This document shows, piece by piece, positions 1 through 12,349 of a DNA stretch of 64,000 bases (the stretch's first letter is position 1; every line of letters begins with the position of its first letter). The stretch is from positions 588,274 through 652,273 of the forward strand of contig NW_015164664.1 of the NCBI RefSeq assembly GCF_001447785.1. Reading direction: 5' to 3'. Origin of the DNA: Gekko japonicus. Its lineage: Eukaryota. The notes beneath the pieces are model-generated. The model saw nothing but the letters and a program-made list of their open reading frames with translations, did no database searches and had not been told where the DNA came from. A program made the position numbers and the translations under genes.

Positions 1-480
1 AACTCATGAAATTTTATTCCAGCATAAATTGTTGTGAACTTTTGGGCCTGCTCCTTCACATACAGTGAGTGAACCCTCGATAGGCAGACAGGCCCTCTGT
101 GAGATAAAATGCTGGACTAGGTGGAGCACAGGTCTGATCCAGCACAGCTCTTCTTACGTTCTTGTGTTATGTAGGAGGAATGAAAAGCTGAGTCAAGAGG
201 TCATGAAAGTACAGAGCAAAATATTATGATGTAAAATTCAAAACCCAGCACAGAAAATGCACAGGCTGTTTATTGGTTATGATAAGCTAGTTACCCACCT
301 GTAAGGGGTGGGAAGTTCCAGGGTTGGCTAAGATGGTAAATAGCGGTATGTGTGTGTGTTAACTTCCACATAAAATGCTTGCGTAGTGAGGATCCATTCA
401 TCGCATATGAAGAACTCTGTGAAAGCTTTTGCTAGAATAAAATGGTGTGAGTCTTTAACATGCCAAAAGGCTGCTTTGCC
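1..480. mobile_element. Old, degenerate inverted Penelope-like pLTR remnants with a CR1 3'-end fragment (about 103-163) between them
   Basis: 1-60 (ttttattccagcataa...) is a decayed reverse complement of 405-470 (atgaagaa..gaaagctttt.gctagaataaaa..gtctttaa), the typical reptile Penelope pLTR/hammerhead tail; ctggactag..gtctgatccagc..ctcttcttacgttctt is a CR1 3' tail. Confidence 0.45.
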
Positions 481-1780
481 TGCATCCACCTATCTTGGCT
501 TCCCCCTCTAAAATTATTTTACATACACTGTTCAAGGAAGAGTGCGTCTGAGCCCTAACAAACCTTTATTCTATCCGGAACAAGACAACTTGCGTTGAGC
601 AGCGCTTCTCGAAGATGCTCGATGCTGGCGGCGGTGGAAAATTCAGTGCGGTGGCTCACGGCGATGTCCTGAACGTGGTCTCTGTTCCAAGGGAGATGGA
701 TCCCATCCTCGTCGCCAGTGAAAAGTACGCAAACGGAGAGTGATTTCAGCAAAACGTACATTATTCTATTCGGAACAAGACAACTTTGGCTGGCTCGCAG
801 GCCGGCTTATATCCCCCGAGAAACCGCCACCCAAAACACACCCCTATTTCCCTATAGGTTATTTACAGTGGCTGAGAGTCCCACAGGCTCTCGGCCGGGA
901 ACCTAGCCACCTGATTGGAGCAGGCTAGGATCCGCATAGTCTATTGTCTCTTGGAGCGAAGCTCGACGTTTGTCTCTGGACTTGTCTGGACTGGATACAT
1001 TACATTCACCTTTCAGGATCCAAATTCTGTAACCCTGCAGAACGACCCTCCTCCCCAGCTGGAGTCGAGCTCTCTCTACACTTGTCTCTGAAGCTTCCTT
1101 CTCAGAGATATGGGTACATCTCCAAAGCTGAGCGCTGTAATTCTATCAGCTACACGCAGGTATCTTTGTAGGCTCTGTGGGAGAAAGGAAAAATCCCTCC
1201 CCCGTCTAGCAGGACCCTTCTGGAGCGCACTTGGTGATAGTTAAGTGGCCTGTCTCTTTCCATACAAGTGTCTCGTGGCCTGCTGGAGAAGCTTGTGCAA
1301 ATAGCAAATTCCACATAACCGGTTTTCTTTTTTTTAAACTGTCTGCTCAGCTCCTGTTATCCCAGCTGCAGGTCCCCCCAGCCGCTGGCACAAGTCCTGG
1401 AAGTCCTCCGTTACGCTGCTACCTACGTTGCCCTCACCTTGGTGTTTCTGGGAAGTCCTGTGCTCTTTTCCAGGACTCTCCAGGCAAGTAAGCCACACTT
1501 TGCACTACTATCCCGGCTGCCATCCGTGTTCACGCTTGCTGCCTTCTGGAACTCCAGGATGACTGGCAGGTTTGCTGTCTTCTAATCAAAGTTCAGCACA
1601 AATCTGTAAAGATGGAGGGTAAAGGGAATAGAGGCAGTTGGGTGGTGAAAAGAACAGGGTGGCTTGGTGGGAAATTGGCGACTATTTTGATCAGCCAATA
1701 AGAAACATTTTCTGAAAGTTCCAGCTCTTCTGCATAACAGTAATCAGGAATGTGATGCACGTCATGCTGGTGTTATACCC

Positions 1781-2373
1781 TTCTGTCAGTTTTGGGAAAG
1801 ACAAGATATGAATACTTTGATTAATAAAGGAATAGCATTCTGTCTAGGACCAAGCCCCACTTCTGCTGGGTGGCTGACTTCGGCTCTGAACTCCAGTTTA
1901 GAGGAAGTGTGTCTACAATTACTGCTGTAATTACTGTGACCATTTCTGCAGTAGTGAATTCCCCATATTGACGTTTTTAAAACTGCTCATTATATGAAAT
2001 TTTCCACAGTAGATTTTTCCTCACCAGGCACAAACCCAAAGTTTTCTCCTTCTTACCCTGCATTTTCAGATTTCCCAGTTTTAGCGAGTTCTGAAAATGT
2101 GGGGTAAGAAGGAGAAAACTTCAGGTTTGTGCCTAGTGAGGGAAAATCTACTGCAGAAAATTTCACATAATGCGCAGTTTTAAAAATGTCAATGTGGGGA
2201 ATTCACTACTGCAGAAATGGTCACAGTAATTACAGCAGCGATTGTAGACAACACTTCCTCTGAACTGGAGTTCAGAGCCGAAGTCAGCCACCCAGCAGAA
2301 GCGGGGCTTGGTCCTAGACAGAATGCTATTCCATTAAAGTATTTATATCTTGTCTCTCACAAAACTAACAGAA
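1781..2373. repeat. Long inverted repeat (fold-back), arms about 290 bp, 19-bp spacer
   Basis: 1781-2070 is the reverse complement of 2090-2373 with scattered mismatches and one short indel. Confidence 0.95.
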
Positions 2374-2599
2374 TGTGGGGGATTTCACTACTGCAGAAAT
2401 GGTCTGTATGGACTTTGTTTAAGTATTTATGTACCACTTTTATCTGACTTCAAAGCAGTGTACAAGGAAACACAATTTAGGCAAACAGAAATGCACAGTG
2501 CAATTCCGGGTCCACTTGGCCCAGCTCACTCAGAGCCATCAGGCTGAAGAGAATGGGTTAAAAACTCCCTGACATGCACCTCTGTCTCCCATCCAGGCG

Positions 2600-2785
2600 T
2601 GTGTGTGAGAGTATGTGTAAAGTGCCATCAAGTTGCAGCTGACTTCTGGCGACCCCTGCAAGGGGCAAGACAAGTGAGAAGCAGAGGTGGCTTGCTCTAG
2701 AGTCTTCCTTGGTGGTCTCCCATCCACGTATTGACTCTGCTTTGCTTCCAAGATCTGAGACTGGGTTATACCAGGCCCCCTTCTG
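2600..2785 (-). mobile_element. 5S rRNA-derived SINE (SINE3-type), degenerate
   Basis: ggtggtctcccatccacgtattgac..ctgctttgcttccaagatctga is the reverse complement of the 5S internal promoter region, followed by the same non-5S body as the other copies. Confidence 0.65.
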
Positions 2786-3018
2786 TCCCAGCCCAGGCTT
2801 AACGGAAGTTCAGCCCAGATCTTACTCAGCTAGTGGAGGCATTCCAAGATCCCCTTCCCTTGCTAGACTTGCAGTTGCTCCTCTGGAACTGTGTGTTCGA
2901 TCAGTAACGGAAAAGCAATGCAGGTGGTGTTTATCTATTTATGCCCTTCCTTATTTTTAATTCCACTTACAACAACTAGTGAAAACATTTTAAAACTGTA
3001 GTGAAATGTGTGTAAAGA

Positions 3019-3458
3019 TGCAAACAAACGAAGAGCACCAAACAAGCTTCTATATTCCAGATCCCCCCCCAATACAAATAAACAAATGCACTTCTCCTCA
3101 AACAAAAATATTTCAACTTTTAAAAATAATAATTTTAAAATGAAGTATTGGACTAAGCAATCAGCTGCGGTGGTTTGGGGCTGCTGCAGAGACAGGACTA
3201 GAAGCAGAATGCCTCTGTCAGGTATTAGAGGGCAGACAGGTGCAAACAAAAGAAGAGCACCAAACAAGCTTCTATATTCCAGATTCCCCCCCAAATAGAA
3301 ATAAACAAATGCACTTAAAACAAAAATATTTCAACTTTTAAAATTAATAATTTTAAAATGAAGTATTGGACTAAGCAACCAGCTGCAGTGGTTTGGGGCT
3401 GCTGCAGAGACAGGACTAGAAGCAGAATGCCTCTGTCAGGTATTAGAGGGCAGACAGG
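3019..3458. repeat. Tandem duplication, two copies of about 220 bp
   Basis: 3019-3240 and 3241-3458 are near-identical (tgcaaacaaa...gggcagacagg). Confidence 0.95.
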
Positions 3459-4262
3459 TTCACAATGCAGACAGGATCCCGTCCCTGGCTATATCCTTTC
3501 CACTCCATCTCTTTCTGCTTTATAAAGCAGGCCTGGGGACATTAGGAGGGGGAACGAGGTTGAACTGGCTGCTAGCATCCTGTTGCCTGGACCAATTGGT
3601 CATCTTTTTACTTGGGCATGTTGACTTTGCACAAAAGGAGTTGCAAAGAACCTGTGCTCCTCTTTATGGATAACGTGAAAGGGAGCATCTGCAGGTTGTG
3701 CAGTTGTGCATGGAGAAGATGTGGCAGTTCTCCATTTGCATGTTTCCCCGAAGGGTGCAAAATTAGTGATGTTTTCCTCATTCCCTGCTTCCTGGCATCA
3801 TGCAAAGTTGCATGGAGTTTCCTTCTGAAGAGTTAAAAAGAGTTTTTCTTTTTGCCATTTCCTTCTCTCAAGTGTTTCCAGAGGAGGTGAGTGCATTTCA
3901 AGGTGTGTTGATCTTCGCATTGATGGGCTATCCCAGGTGGGGGCAACCTTGGAATAACTATCATTGTTGTGATGTTTCTCTCTCACAGTGCCTGCTTTGC
4001 TGTGGAGGGGTATGGGGAAGTACACAGCCAGAGGATGGAGCCAGGAGCTGCAGCTTCGCTGGAGATTTATTGGCATCTCACTGGCCTTCTTTGCAAGGTA
4101 TACAAGGGCCCTTTTGAACTCCAATAATCAGAAGTTTTCCAGATGATTTAAATGGAAAAAGTACAGTGGTTGACAGTTGTAGCAAGGAATGCAGATGTTA
4201 CCTGAGTTTGTTCTGGGGAAATATATTCACCCTATTTTTCAATTTAAAAAATACCCCAGAGT

Positions 4263-4490
4263 CACCCTGACCTGAATAGCTCAGGCAAGCTCGATCTCGG
4301 AAGCTAACCAGGGCCGACCCTGGCAAGTAATTGGAAGGGAAACCTCCAAGGAATACCAGGGCTCAGGATGCAGAGGGAGGCTATCAAGCCATCTCTCTGA
4401 AAAACATCGAAGCTCCCAGCAGGGATGGCCAGAAGTCGCCATGACTTCTAGGCATGCTAGCGCATACGCACACATGCACACACACAAATA
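4263..4490 (+). mobile_element. 5S rRNA-derived SINE (SINE3-type)
   Basis: gatctcggaagctaaccagggc..ctggcaagtaattggaagggaaacctccaaggaatacc matches the 5S A-box/IE/C-box region; non-5S body and (CA)n tail follow. Confidence 0.75.
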
Positions 4491-5863
4491 CCCACCAAAA
4501 AACCACCAAAACCTAGAGTTGCTTACAGTAAAATCAAGAACCTAAGTAAGTCAGAGCAACAAACTCTCAGCTGTGTGTGTGTGTGTGTTTAAAAACAACA
4601 ACAATCCCAAACGACATCTTCCTCCGAGGCTGTCTTCTTCCAAAATTCAAACTCCTATATGAGGGGGGTGTGTTTGTGATTCCTTCCACCCTCCAGATTA
4701 GCAGCGACATTATTCCGGATCCTCCCTCATCTCATGTCTGCGTGGTGGTGGGGGGGGGGGGGGGGGCTTCTCATTTTTTTAAAAAAAGTTCCCACTTCCT
4801 TGCCAAACCTTTTAGGTAATTTAAAAACTATAACCACCAGTCAGCCCAAATGCAGTTATCTCCTCCCCACGAACCAGGCATTTGAGTGAATTTTTAAAGA
4901 ATCGTGTCCCCCCCCATACCCATCCAGTGTAGCATTTTGTTGTCTGCTAGAAGTCTCATGCAAAACTCGTATGCAAGCTCGTGCTGTATTCTCTGATCCC
5001 CACACTCAAGGTATACTGCCTCTCACCATGGAGGTTTTACTCAGCTGTTACGTCTGATAACTGTAGAAAAGCCAAACACCATGTATTCATTTGATTTCAT
5101 AAGAATCTAAGCAAGATCAGAAAGTGGGGAAAATATACCATGGGAAGCGGGTGGGGTGGGGGTGGTTGTAACAATCCAAGCACCTGGATTACTGTTCTAT
5201 ATCCATACATGGGGACCAACTTTCACTAAAGGTGTTCAGTGGGAGTAGTACACTTGTGTGTTCTAAATCATCTGAAAAATTCCCACGTTCCTGTACTGAC
5301 TGCTGCTAAATTGTGGATAATGGGAAGAAATGGATACTGGAGGAGCAAATGCTCCCCCTGCTGGTGATTTTTTATCTGCGCATGATGATGACCAGTTAGT
5401 AAAAGGGTATGTACGTGTGTCTCTGTTTCCAGTGGCCCAGATCAAGCGGGGTTGAGGAGAAGCCTGTGGGTCAGTCTTACTTGCTTTCCTATCTCTTCTC
5501 AGCTGGACAGCAAATGTACTGCATGAGATACTTCTACTGCTGCAGTCGGGGCCCACATGGAGACAGGAGACCTGGTCCTTGCTGTGCACAGCTGTTCTTA
5601 TCTGCTGGATTGCCATGGTGGGTTGGAGGCATGTGCCATGCAGGGCGATGGGGCTCGGTTGGGCTGTACCAGTTGTGGCTGCTTGATAGAGCAGAGAACT
5701 TGTGCTCAAAGCGGCACACTTGCATGCTGATTGTTCGCGCTCTTGTGCAGGTGGTGGTGTTCCCTGTCAAGGAACAGATTTTCTCTTTGTGGATCAGGGT
5801 AGCCAATAACTCCTCCGTGGCTCATTGCCAAGGTTCAGAATATGTAAATGGCAATTGATAGCA

Positions 5864-6223
5864 GCAGGGCTATTTTTGGGCAGGAACGCACAGGAACGGA
5901 GTTCCGGCTGGCTCCCAAGTTGGCCACGCCTGGCAGGAAATCATTAGCATAATAGGCCACACCCAACAGCAGAAACTCATTAGGATTGGCTACATTAGGG
6001 GTGTGTGGCCTAACATGCAAAGGAGTTCCTGCTGCAAAAAAAGCCCTGGGTTTTGACAACAAACAAGGTAAACAGAATAAGAAGCAAAAGGTGGGTGTGG
6101 CTGGATGACCACACTTCTAGTAACATGGGGTGTGGCCTAATATGCTAATGAGCGGTGCTGTCAAGGGTGTGGCCTAATATGCTAATGAGTTCCTGCTGGG
6201 CTTTTTCTACAAAAAAAGCCCTG
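5864..6223. mobile_element. hAT-type MITE copies (CAGGGCT...AGCCCTG termini; ggccacaccc/cattagcata subterminal motifs)
   Basis: Inverted termini at about 5865 and 6048, a second right end at about 6222; same family at 7824-8234 and 16621-16722. Confidence 0.6.
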
Positions 6224-6559
6224 GATAGCAGTAACTGCAACAGTGACACAAAGTGTTTCTAGTGCAACCTCTGTGGGTCTCTGGATACTTGAGACAAGAA
6301 TGAAAATTGGCCTAAACGGGGCAAAGAAAATAATTTTGCAGGTGTATCTTCTGCACCCCCACCCACCCCCCACAGCCCAAAGGACTCTTCTCCCCCCTTC
6401 TTTGAGACAGTGTTGGACCCCCAAGGTTAGGTCTTTGTGTGTTCTCCTCCCCATTAAGCAGCTGTAGAATCACAGGGCTGAAAACTGACCATGGCCTGCC
6501 TTGAGAGAGTATCCTCCACAGAGCAATGTCTTCTGGGCAGGGGTCAAGTCCAGTTACCT

Positions 6560-7818
6560 TTATTGGCATGTAACCCTTGCAAACCCATATACAACAACAA
6601 CAAAAAACAACAACCACAGCATAGAATAATATCTGCAAAATACAGAAACAAGGTATAACCAAGTAAGTATACCCATCAATTAAATAAAGGGCGAATAGAA
6701 ATGGCACCAAAAAGAAATTTAGCAACCGTTTCCATTATCTCAAGGTTTGGATTATCAAGAAGAATAAGGATCTTTAGGCAATCAGGATATTCTTCTAATT
6801 GAGCCAAAATAAAATTTAGAAATTTCAGTCGTTGTGCATGGTAGAAGGGGCACTGCAACAAGACATGGGAAATTGTTTTGATATTATCATTTGTGCATGG
6901 ACAACATCTGTCAGAAAAGGGCACACCCTGAAAGCGGCCAGATAATAAGGCCAAAGGTAATACATTGAATCTCACCAAAGAGAGGGCTCTACAGAGTTCG
7001 GGGGTGTGCAGTTGGTACAGGTAAGAGGTGGCTTGGCCGACTTTAGGAGATATTCCAAAATACAAGGGTGAACAGGTTTTATTAGCGGCATTATACAGTG
7101 AATGTAGCTCAGAACAAAGTAGATTGGCTCTTATAATTGAAAAAGCCTCAGATTCGGAAGTAAGGAATCTAAGGTGATATCCAGGGATTTAATTTTGGAT
7201 TCTATATAGGTAATCCAGTTAGAGTCATTAGATTCCAGTAGAAGCTGATAGGTGTAACTAGAAGGGTCTGAATTGAAAAGAAGAAGAGAAGAGATTGGAT
7301 TTATAACCCGCCCTTCACTACCCACAGGTGTCTTAGAGCGGCTTACAAGCTCCTTTCCCTTCCCCTCCCCACAACAGACACCCTGTGAGGTAGGTGGGGC
7401 TGAGAGAGCTCTTGACAGAAACTGCTCTTTTTCAAGAACAGCTCTTATCAGAGCTACGGCTTGCCCAAGGTCATCCAGCCAGGTGCAAGTGGAGGAGTGG
7501 GGAATCAAACCTGGTTCTCCCAGATTAGAGTCCGCGCATTTAACCACTACACCAAACTGGCTTTTACTGGCTCTTAAAAGAAGGCGAAGCCAATACTTAA
7601 TTGTAATTAGCCATGCTTTAGTTATCAACATGTTCTGGCCACATTCCAGGCATAAAGCTGCATAGGAGAAACACATTGGCACCCCAAATATTTTCCTCAG
7701 GAAATAGAACTGAGGCTGTTCTATGAGATTTCCACTTTGTATTGATCCAAATAGGCACCCCATATAATAACTGGGCCCCTATTTTAGCATTAAAGGCTTT
7801 TAAAGCAGCAGGTATATA
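6560..7818 (-). mobile_element. Non-LTR retrotransposon ORF2 3' fragment (RTE-X-like), interrupted by a SINE
   Basis: Translations QLLYGVPIW..FLRKIFGVP..AALCLECG..IKYWLRL and the C-terminal knuckle RCCPC..TISHVLLQCPFY; frameshifted. Confidence 0.7.
7280..7572 (-). mobile_element. tRNA-derived squamate SINE (Squam3/MIR-like)
   Basis: Reverse-strand head agccagtttggtgtagtggttaa (A box)...ggtttgattcccc (B box); (TTC)n-type tail; flanked by aaaagaag. Confidence 0.75.
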
Positions 7819-7823
7819 CTGGG

Positions 7824-8234
7824 CAGGGGTCATTTCCTGCAGGAGCGCACAGGAGCGGAGCTCCGGCAGTAAAGAGCTCAGGGGGCGGGCACATGCAACA
7901 AGCCCCCCCCCCCCCCCCCCCCACCCCGCCCAAGAAAAAGCAGCCAGATAAGTTGCAGAGCTCCCCCCGCCCCCCTGGTCCAAAACAGTCCAGTGGCACC
8001 TTTAAGACGAAGTTTTATTCAGGTACAAGCTCTCCCTCCTCTGCAAGGACAGATCTGCACATTCCCCCCCCCCCATAGCTAGCAATCCAAAACAGTCCAG
8101 TGAAGCCTGAGCGGTGGGTGTTGCCTTCTGACACACTTCTGGTGATGTCAGGGGGTGTGGCATATGCAAATAAGTTATGCTAATGAGTTATGCTAATAAG
8201 CTCCTGCACCTCTTTTTCTACGAAATGACCCCTG
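7824..8234. mobile_element. hAT-type MITE containing a short Penelope-like fragment
   Basis: TIRs caggggtcattt / aaatgacccctg; flanks atactggg / cttctggg (degenerate 8-bp TSD); internal cagtccagtggcacctttaagac. Confidence 0.6.
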
Positions 8235-8943
8235 CTTCTGGGTAACTTACAACTGCAGCATACCATACAGAGAGGGTAGGGATGAGCCCAGCTGTGCTGC
8301 ATCAGGATGTCTTTGTGGATCGATTACTTAGGCAAGCCAGCCAAGCAACTTCCTACGGGAGGGTAAAGAGCCTCTTTCCAAGCTGCTTATACTCCCCTTG
8401 CTCATTTGGTCTGTTCTCGCCAGGCCATTCTGAACCCACTGAGTGGGTTCCTGCTCATGCTGGCCTTCTCTGCCAGAGAAGCAACTCATGTGCCAGAAGG
8501 ATGATGCCTCCCCATAGATCCTCAAGTAAAATCACCAAGAACAGCAACTCACTCTCAGAAGCCACCTCTGACTCTGCATTCGGCTCTCTGCTGGGCGCAG
8601 GCACGATGGAGGCATCCAGTCTCTTGGCTTCCTTGGGCACCAGCACTTCCATGGGTAAAGATACAAGGATCAGGCCGCCATTGAGGACCTTCTGCAGGGC
8701 AGAGGATCCACAGGAAGATCTCACAGACTAGGCCCGGAGAGGAGAAAGATCTAAGTCCCAGGGTGCTTTGCTGCGATGTCAGGTGGGTATGCTGAGTTTG
8801 GCTTAGGCAAGTGAGTCCTGAGGGCATTTCCCTGCAGAGATGAGATTCTTCAGCAATGAAACTTGTTTCACTGGGTAGAGGCTGGAGGGCAGACTTTGCC
8901 TAGGGCATTCTGGCAAAGTGGGTGTTGCAGTGATGCTCTAGAC

Positions 8944-9314
8944 CAGGGATGTCAAACGTAAGGCCCGTCCAGGGCTCTTACCCAGGCTGCAAGCAACTGG
9001 TATGTATGGAAATGTAAGGTACTCCCCCTTTTATGGTATCTCTTGGAAAAAACGTAGACTTACATATGATTAAATACATTTATAGGGGCTTTTGTGGATT
9101 CCCCAGTAAATCAATTGCTTTCACTGCTAGGAATCAATTGCCTTTGTTTGTATTTTGAGTAAAAATAATATTGTTAATTGGGTTTGCCTGTGTCCTTTAT
9201 AAAGTTTATATCTCCGGTACCTGGCGTTACATTGTGTGACACACAAGGCTCGGCCCGACAAAGTGACATTTATGTCTGATCCAGCCCTTGTAACAGATGA
9301 GTTTGACACCCCTG
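8944..9314. mobile_element. hAT (Charlie-like) non-autonomous element
   Basis: TIRs cagggatgtcaaac / gtttgacacccctg with a perfect 8-bp TSD CTCTAGAC (8936-8943, 9315-9322). Confidence 0.85.
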
Positions 9315-10065
9315 CTCTAGACCTTTGGACTTACCACGTCTTGCATGACTCTTGCATGTTCAAGTGCTGTTTCTTTTCCCACAGACTTCATTTTTGCAGT
9401 TGATGAGAATGGCTCCATTTAACCCCTGCAAAGGGGTGAGATGCAGGAACGGGCACGGGCAAGTACTCGTGGAGGCCCCTGGACTTGAGCCACGGGGGGG
9501 GGGGCTGCTGTGTGCCCCTTCCCCACCTGGCATCTTGCTTCTCTCTATGTGGCTGGCCTGGCATGGTAAAGATGTCTCACCATCCCTGGATCCTCTGTTG
9601 AATAGAGGTACTATCCCTTTAAAAGAGGGGGAAACACCTTGAAATTAATCATCTGTAAGTAATAGCATCAATAATTTACTAAAACAGAGCGGGGGAGCAA
9701 TTGCCCCATTGCATTAACATGCAGTGATACTTGGGCACAGGGAGAAAATTGGTGTGTGCGTGTGTGTGTGACTGACTTTAAAAGTCTTGATCTGTCTGTT
9801 TAAATATCATGTATAAGGGAAGTTTGAAAGGGAGGGATGCTCTTGGATGGACTTCTGGCTTTGTCTGCTTCTTGTACCGCTCACCAGCAGGTGGCATCGG
9901 TGCCTCTGGTTACAGTTTGGGCTGAGACTGGGGAAAATTATGCATGGTCAAGAATGCTTGGCCTCTCTGAAAAACGTCCTAGTCCCACTAGGGGTAACCA
10001 GAAGTCACCATGACTTCTAGGCTCACAAGGGTGCACATACAGGCATACATACTGTACTCACAAAA

Positions 10066-10138
10066 AGAGAGAGAGAGAGAGAGAGAGAGAAGAGAAGAGA
10101 AGAGAAGAGAAGAGAAGAGAAGAGAAGAGAAGAGAAGA
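10066..10138. repeat. Compound microsatellite (AG)n + (AGAAG)n
   Basis: Directly visible. Confidence 0.95.
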
Positions 10139-10999
10139 ATGCCTGGTCCACATGCATAACTGCTCCTCCATTGCAAAATCATGACAAGAAATGAGGCAAG
10201 GAGATTAAATCTAGAAGGTTTCCTCTTAGGAGGTCAGACTTGACCCAGCTTGGGTGCTTATCACTGTGCCCTTGTAACTCATCGGGGACTGTGTGTTTGT
10301 CTCCCTTTAACATCTGGTTAAACATCTGGTGGGTCAGGGACAAGTGGAACCAAACCATAGCCAGGCTTCCTCCACCAGGCCGGGCATTTGTGGCAGGGCC
10401 TGTCTTGACTCTCTGCAAGTGTGCACAGTAATGCTGCCTATTTTGGAGACAAGTTTCCTGAATTGTGTCAGGTTCCCGTTAAGCAGTGAGGAAACCCTAA
10501 ATTCACCTGTAGCCTGGATTAAGAGTCTGGGGAAGCAAAGCAATAGAAAATGACTAAACCAGAAAGCATATCTGAGAAGTCCTAAGTCACGATGATGAGG
10601 AGCTCTTTATAACATTTATGCCTCTTACAGGTGTGTCCTATTTCTGGCAGGCTTATTTTCTCACTTAATGGCTTACCTGAAGCCATTCTCTTCCCTGATG
10701 TTGGAACGGAACGGGGAGAAGAGGGGTACTTCCTGGTCATTCTCCTTATCAGTGGATTCATTGGGGGGGGGGGAATGAGAGTGCTGATCTACTGTCCTTC
10801 ATGTAAACAGATAGATGGTCTTGTGGTGGCCAGAACCTATTCCCTTTTTAAAGACTGAGAAGTCCTTGCAAATGTGCAGTAGCGACTTGAGTTCCCCTAA
10901 CGCATGTGCAGAGTGTCTTTTCATGCACTCAGCGGCTGCTCCAAGCAGTGCACAGGGTCATGCAGATTCTGCCCTTGAAGCTTGGTATAGAAATTGAGA

Positions 11000-12050
11000 A
11001 AGAAAGCCTGCGTTGCATCAGGGAAGTTATGAAGTCTAAGAGGATGCCAGTATGGCCAAAAAAATCCAAAAAAGGCAAGAAGGCTTCCATTAAAAACTGT
11101 AGGTAGGGAAATTTAAAAAGCATTCATCTGGCAAATCAAGGCAAGTTAACAAAATAATTTGAAGAGCGCATGGCTAAAATCCTAACATTTCTTGAAAGTC
11201 AGCCTCAGGAAAGCCAGGGAGGTGTTCAGAAAGTGGCATTGCTAAAGCACAAGAGGGAGAATGCTAGAGAAGCTGAATGAATTTGCATTTAGTTTCACTG
11301 GGGAAGGCGTAGGTGACTGAATCAGGGGTGGTGCCTGACAAACAGAGGTGAGATTTAGTTCTAGGGCTGAATAGCAAATTGAAAATTAACATCATCAGGT
11401 CCAGATAACAAAAACCTTTAAGGAACTCGAAGTGTAATTGCTGCTGTCATGAAAATGCACAACTTTTCACAAAGGTTGGCTTTTTTACTGGAAAACTGGG
11501 AGAGAGCTGTTATACCACTATTTTAAAAAGGGGATCAAGGAAATTACAGGCCATTTAATGCAGCTTTTGTCCCAGGTAAATTGGTTTAAAATGTTAATGA
11601 AGCTCGAACTGTGAAGCATATAGCAAGAACTGCATGGTTTTTGGGAAAGGGAGTCCTGCTTCATCTGTCTTTCTACACCGTTTGACCTCACCTTTCCTCC
11701 AAACCACTCAGGATGTCATCTAGTATGTCAAGCAGAGAGAATGATTTGAGGTGTGTAGATAAGTGGGAATTCAAACCCAAGGCCTAGTTCTTCCATTCTA
11801 GTCTAACCACCACACCGGCTGCTGTCAACCAGTTATCTAGAGTTCTTTGAGAATGTTACCAAGCTTATGTGCAGGGTGATCTTGCATACTTGGACTTCTA
11901 ATGTTTTTTGGCAAAGCTCCTGACCCAAAAACTTCTAGAGGAAATTTAGCTGTCTTGGGGTAAGAGGATGGGTTCCCTCATAAATGAGGGGGTTAAAATC
12001 AGGAATCAGAAAGAAAGGAAGCAAGCAGTTGGGTCTCCCTTGTATCAGAC
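11000..12050 (+). mobile_element. Highly degenerate CR1 LINE RT fragment
   Basis: Remnants of W..A.V.P.FKKG..GNYRP..L.S.PGK and QHGF..G.SC motifs (gaaaactgg..ccactattttaaaaagggg..aattacaggcca; catggtttttgggaaagggagtcctgc). Confidence 0.5.
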
Positions 12051-12104
12051 AATCAGGAATCAGAAAGAAAGGAAGCAAGCAGTTGGGTCTCCCTTGTACC
12101 AGAC
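11997..12104. repeat. Tandem duplication, 2 x 54 bp
   Basis: 11997-12050 and 12051-12104 differ at one base. Confidence 0.9.
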
Positions 12105-12349
12105 CCATAGCTACAGTGGGGCATCCCGGGGCCCGCCTCCCCTCCCACTTACTGCCAAGACCCCTGACTTCCCATCCAGCCCCCTGGCCCCACAACTTCC
12201 AATTTTTAATTTTATTTGTAGTGCTCCCTTGGGGGGTGGTGTGTGTGCAGGATGCCCCTGACTTATATAAAGCCCCCCCTGAATTAAAAAATCCTGGCTA
12301 CAGGCCTGCCCTGTGTATTGGGTATGTGTATTGGGGACCCGTGCTGTTG

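Noticed and set aside
4263-4365. 5S rRNA gene; likewise tRNA genes at SINE heads such as 60391 and 7560
   Set aside because: Diverged, lacking proper ends, and fused to SINE bodies present in several copies
5500-5760. Exon-like segment with a good acceptor upstream of GJB1
   Set aside because: No frame gave a recognisable protein and no partner exons could be linked
8240-8900. Possible DIRS/Ngaro RNase H remnant (VQNGLA motif, minus strand)
   Set aside because: Similarity too short and degenerate to support
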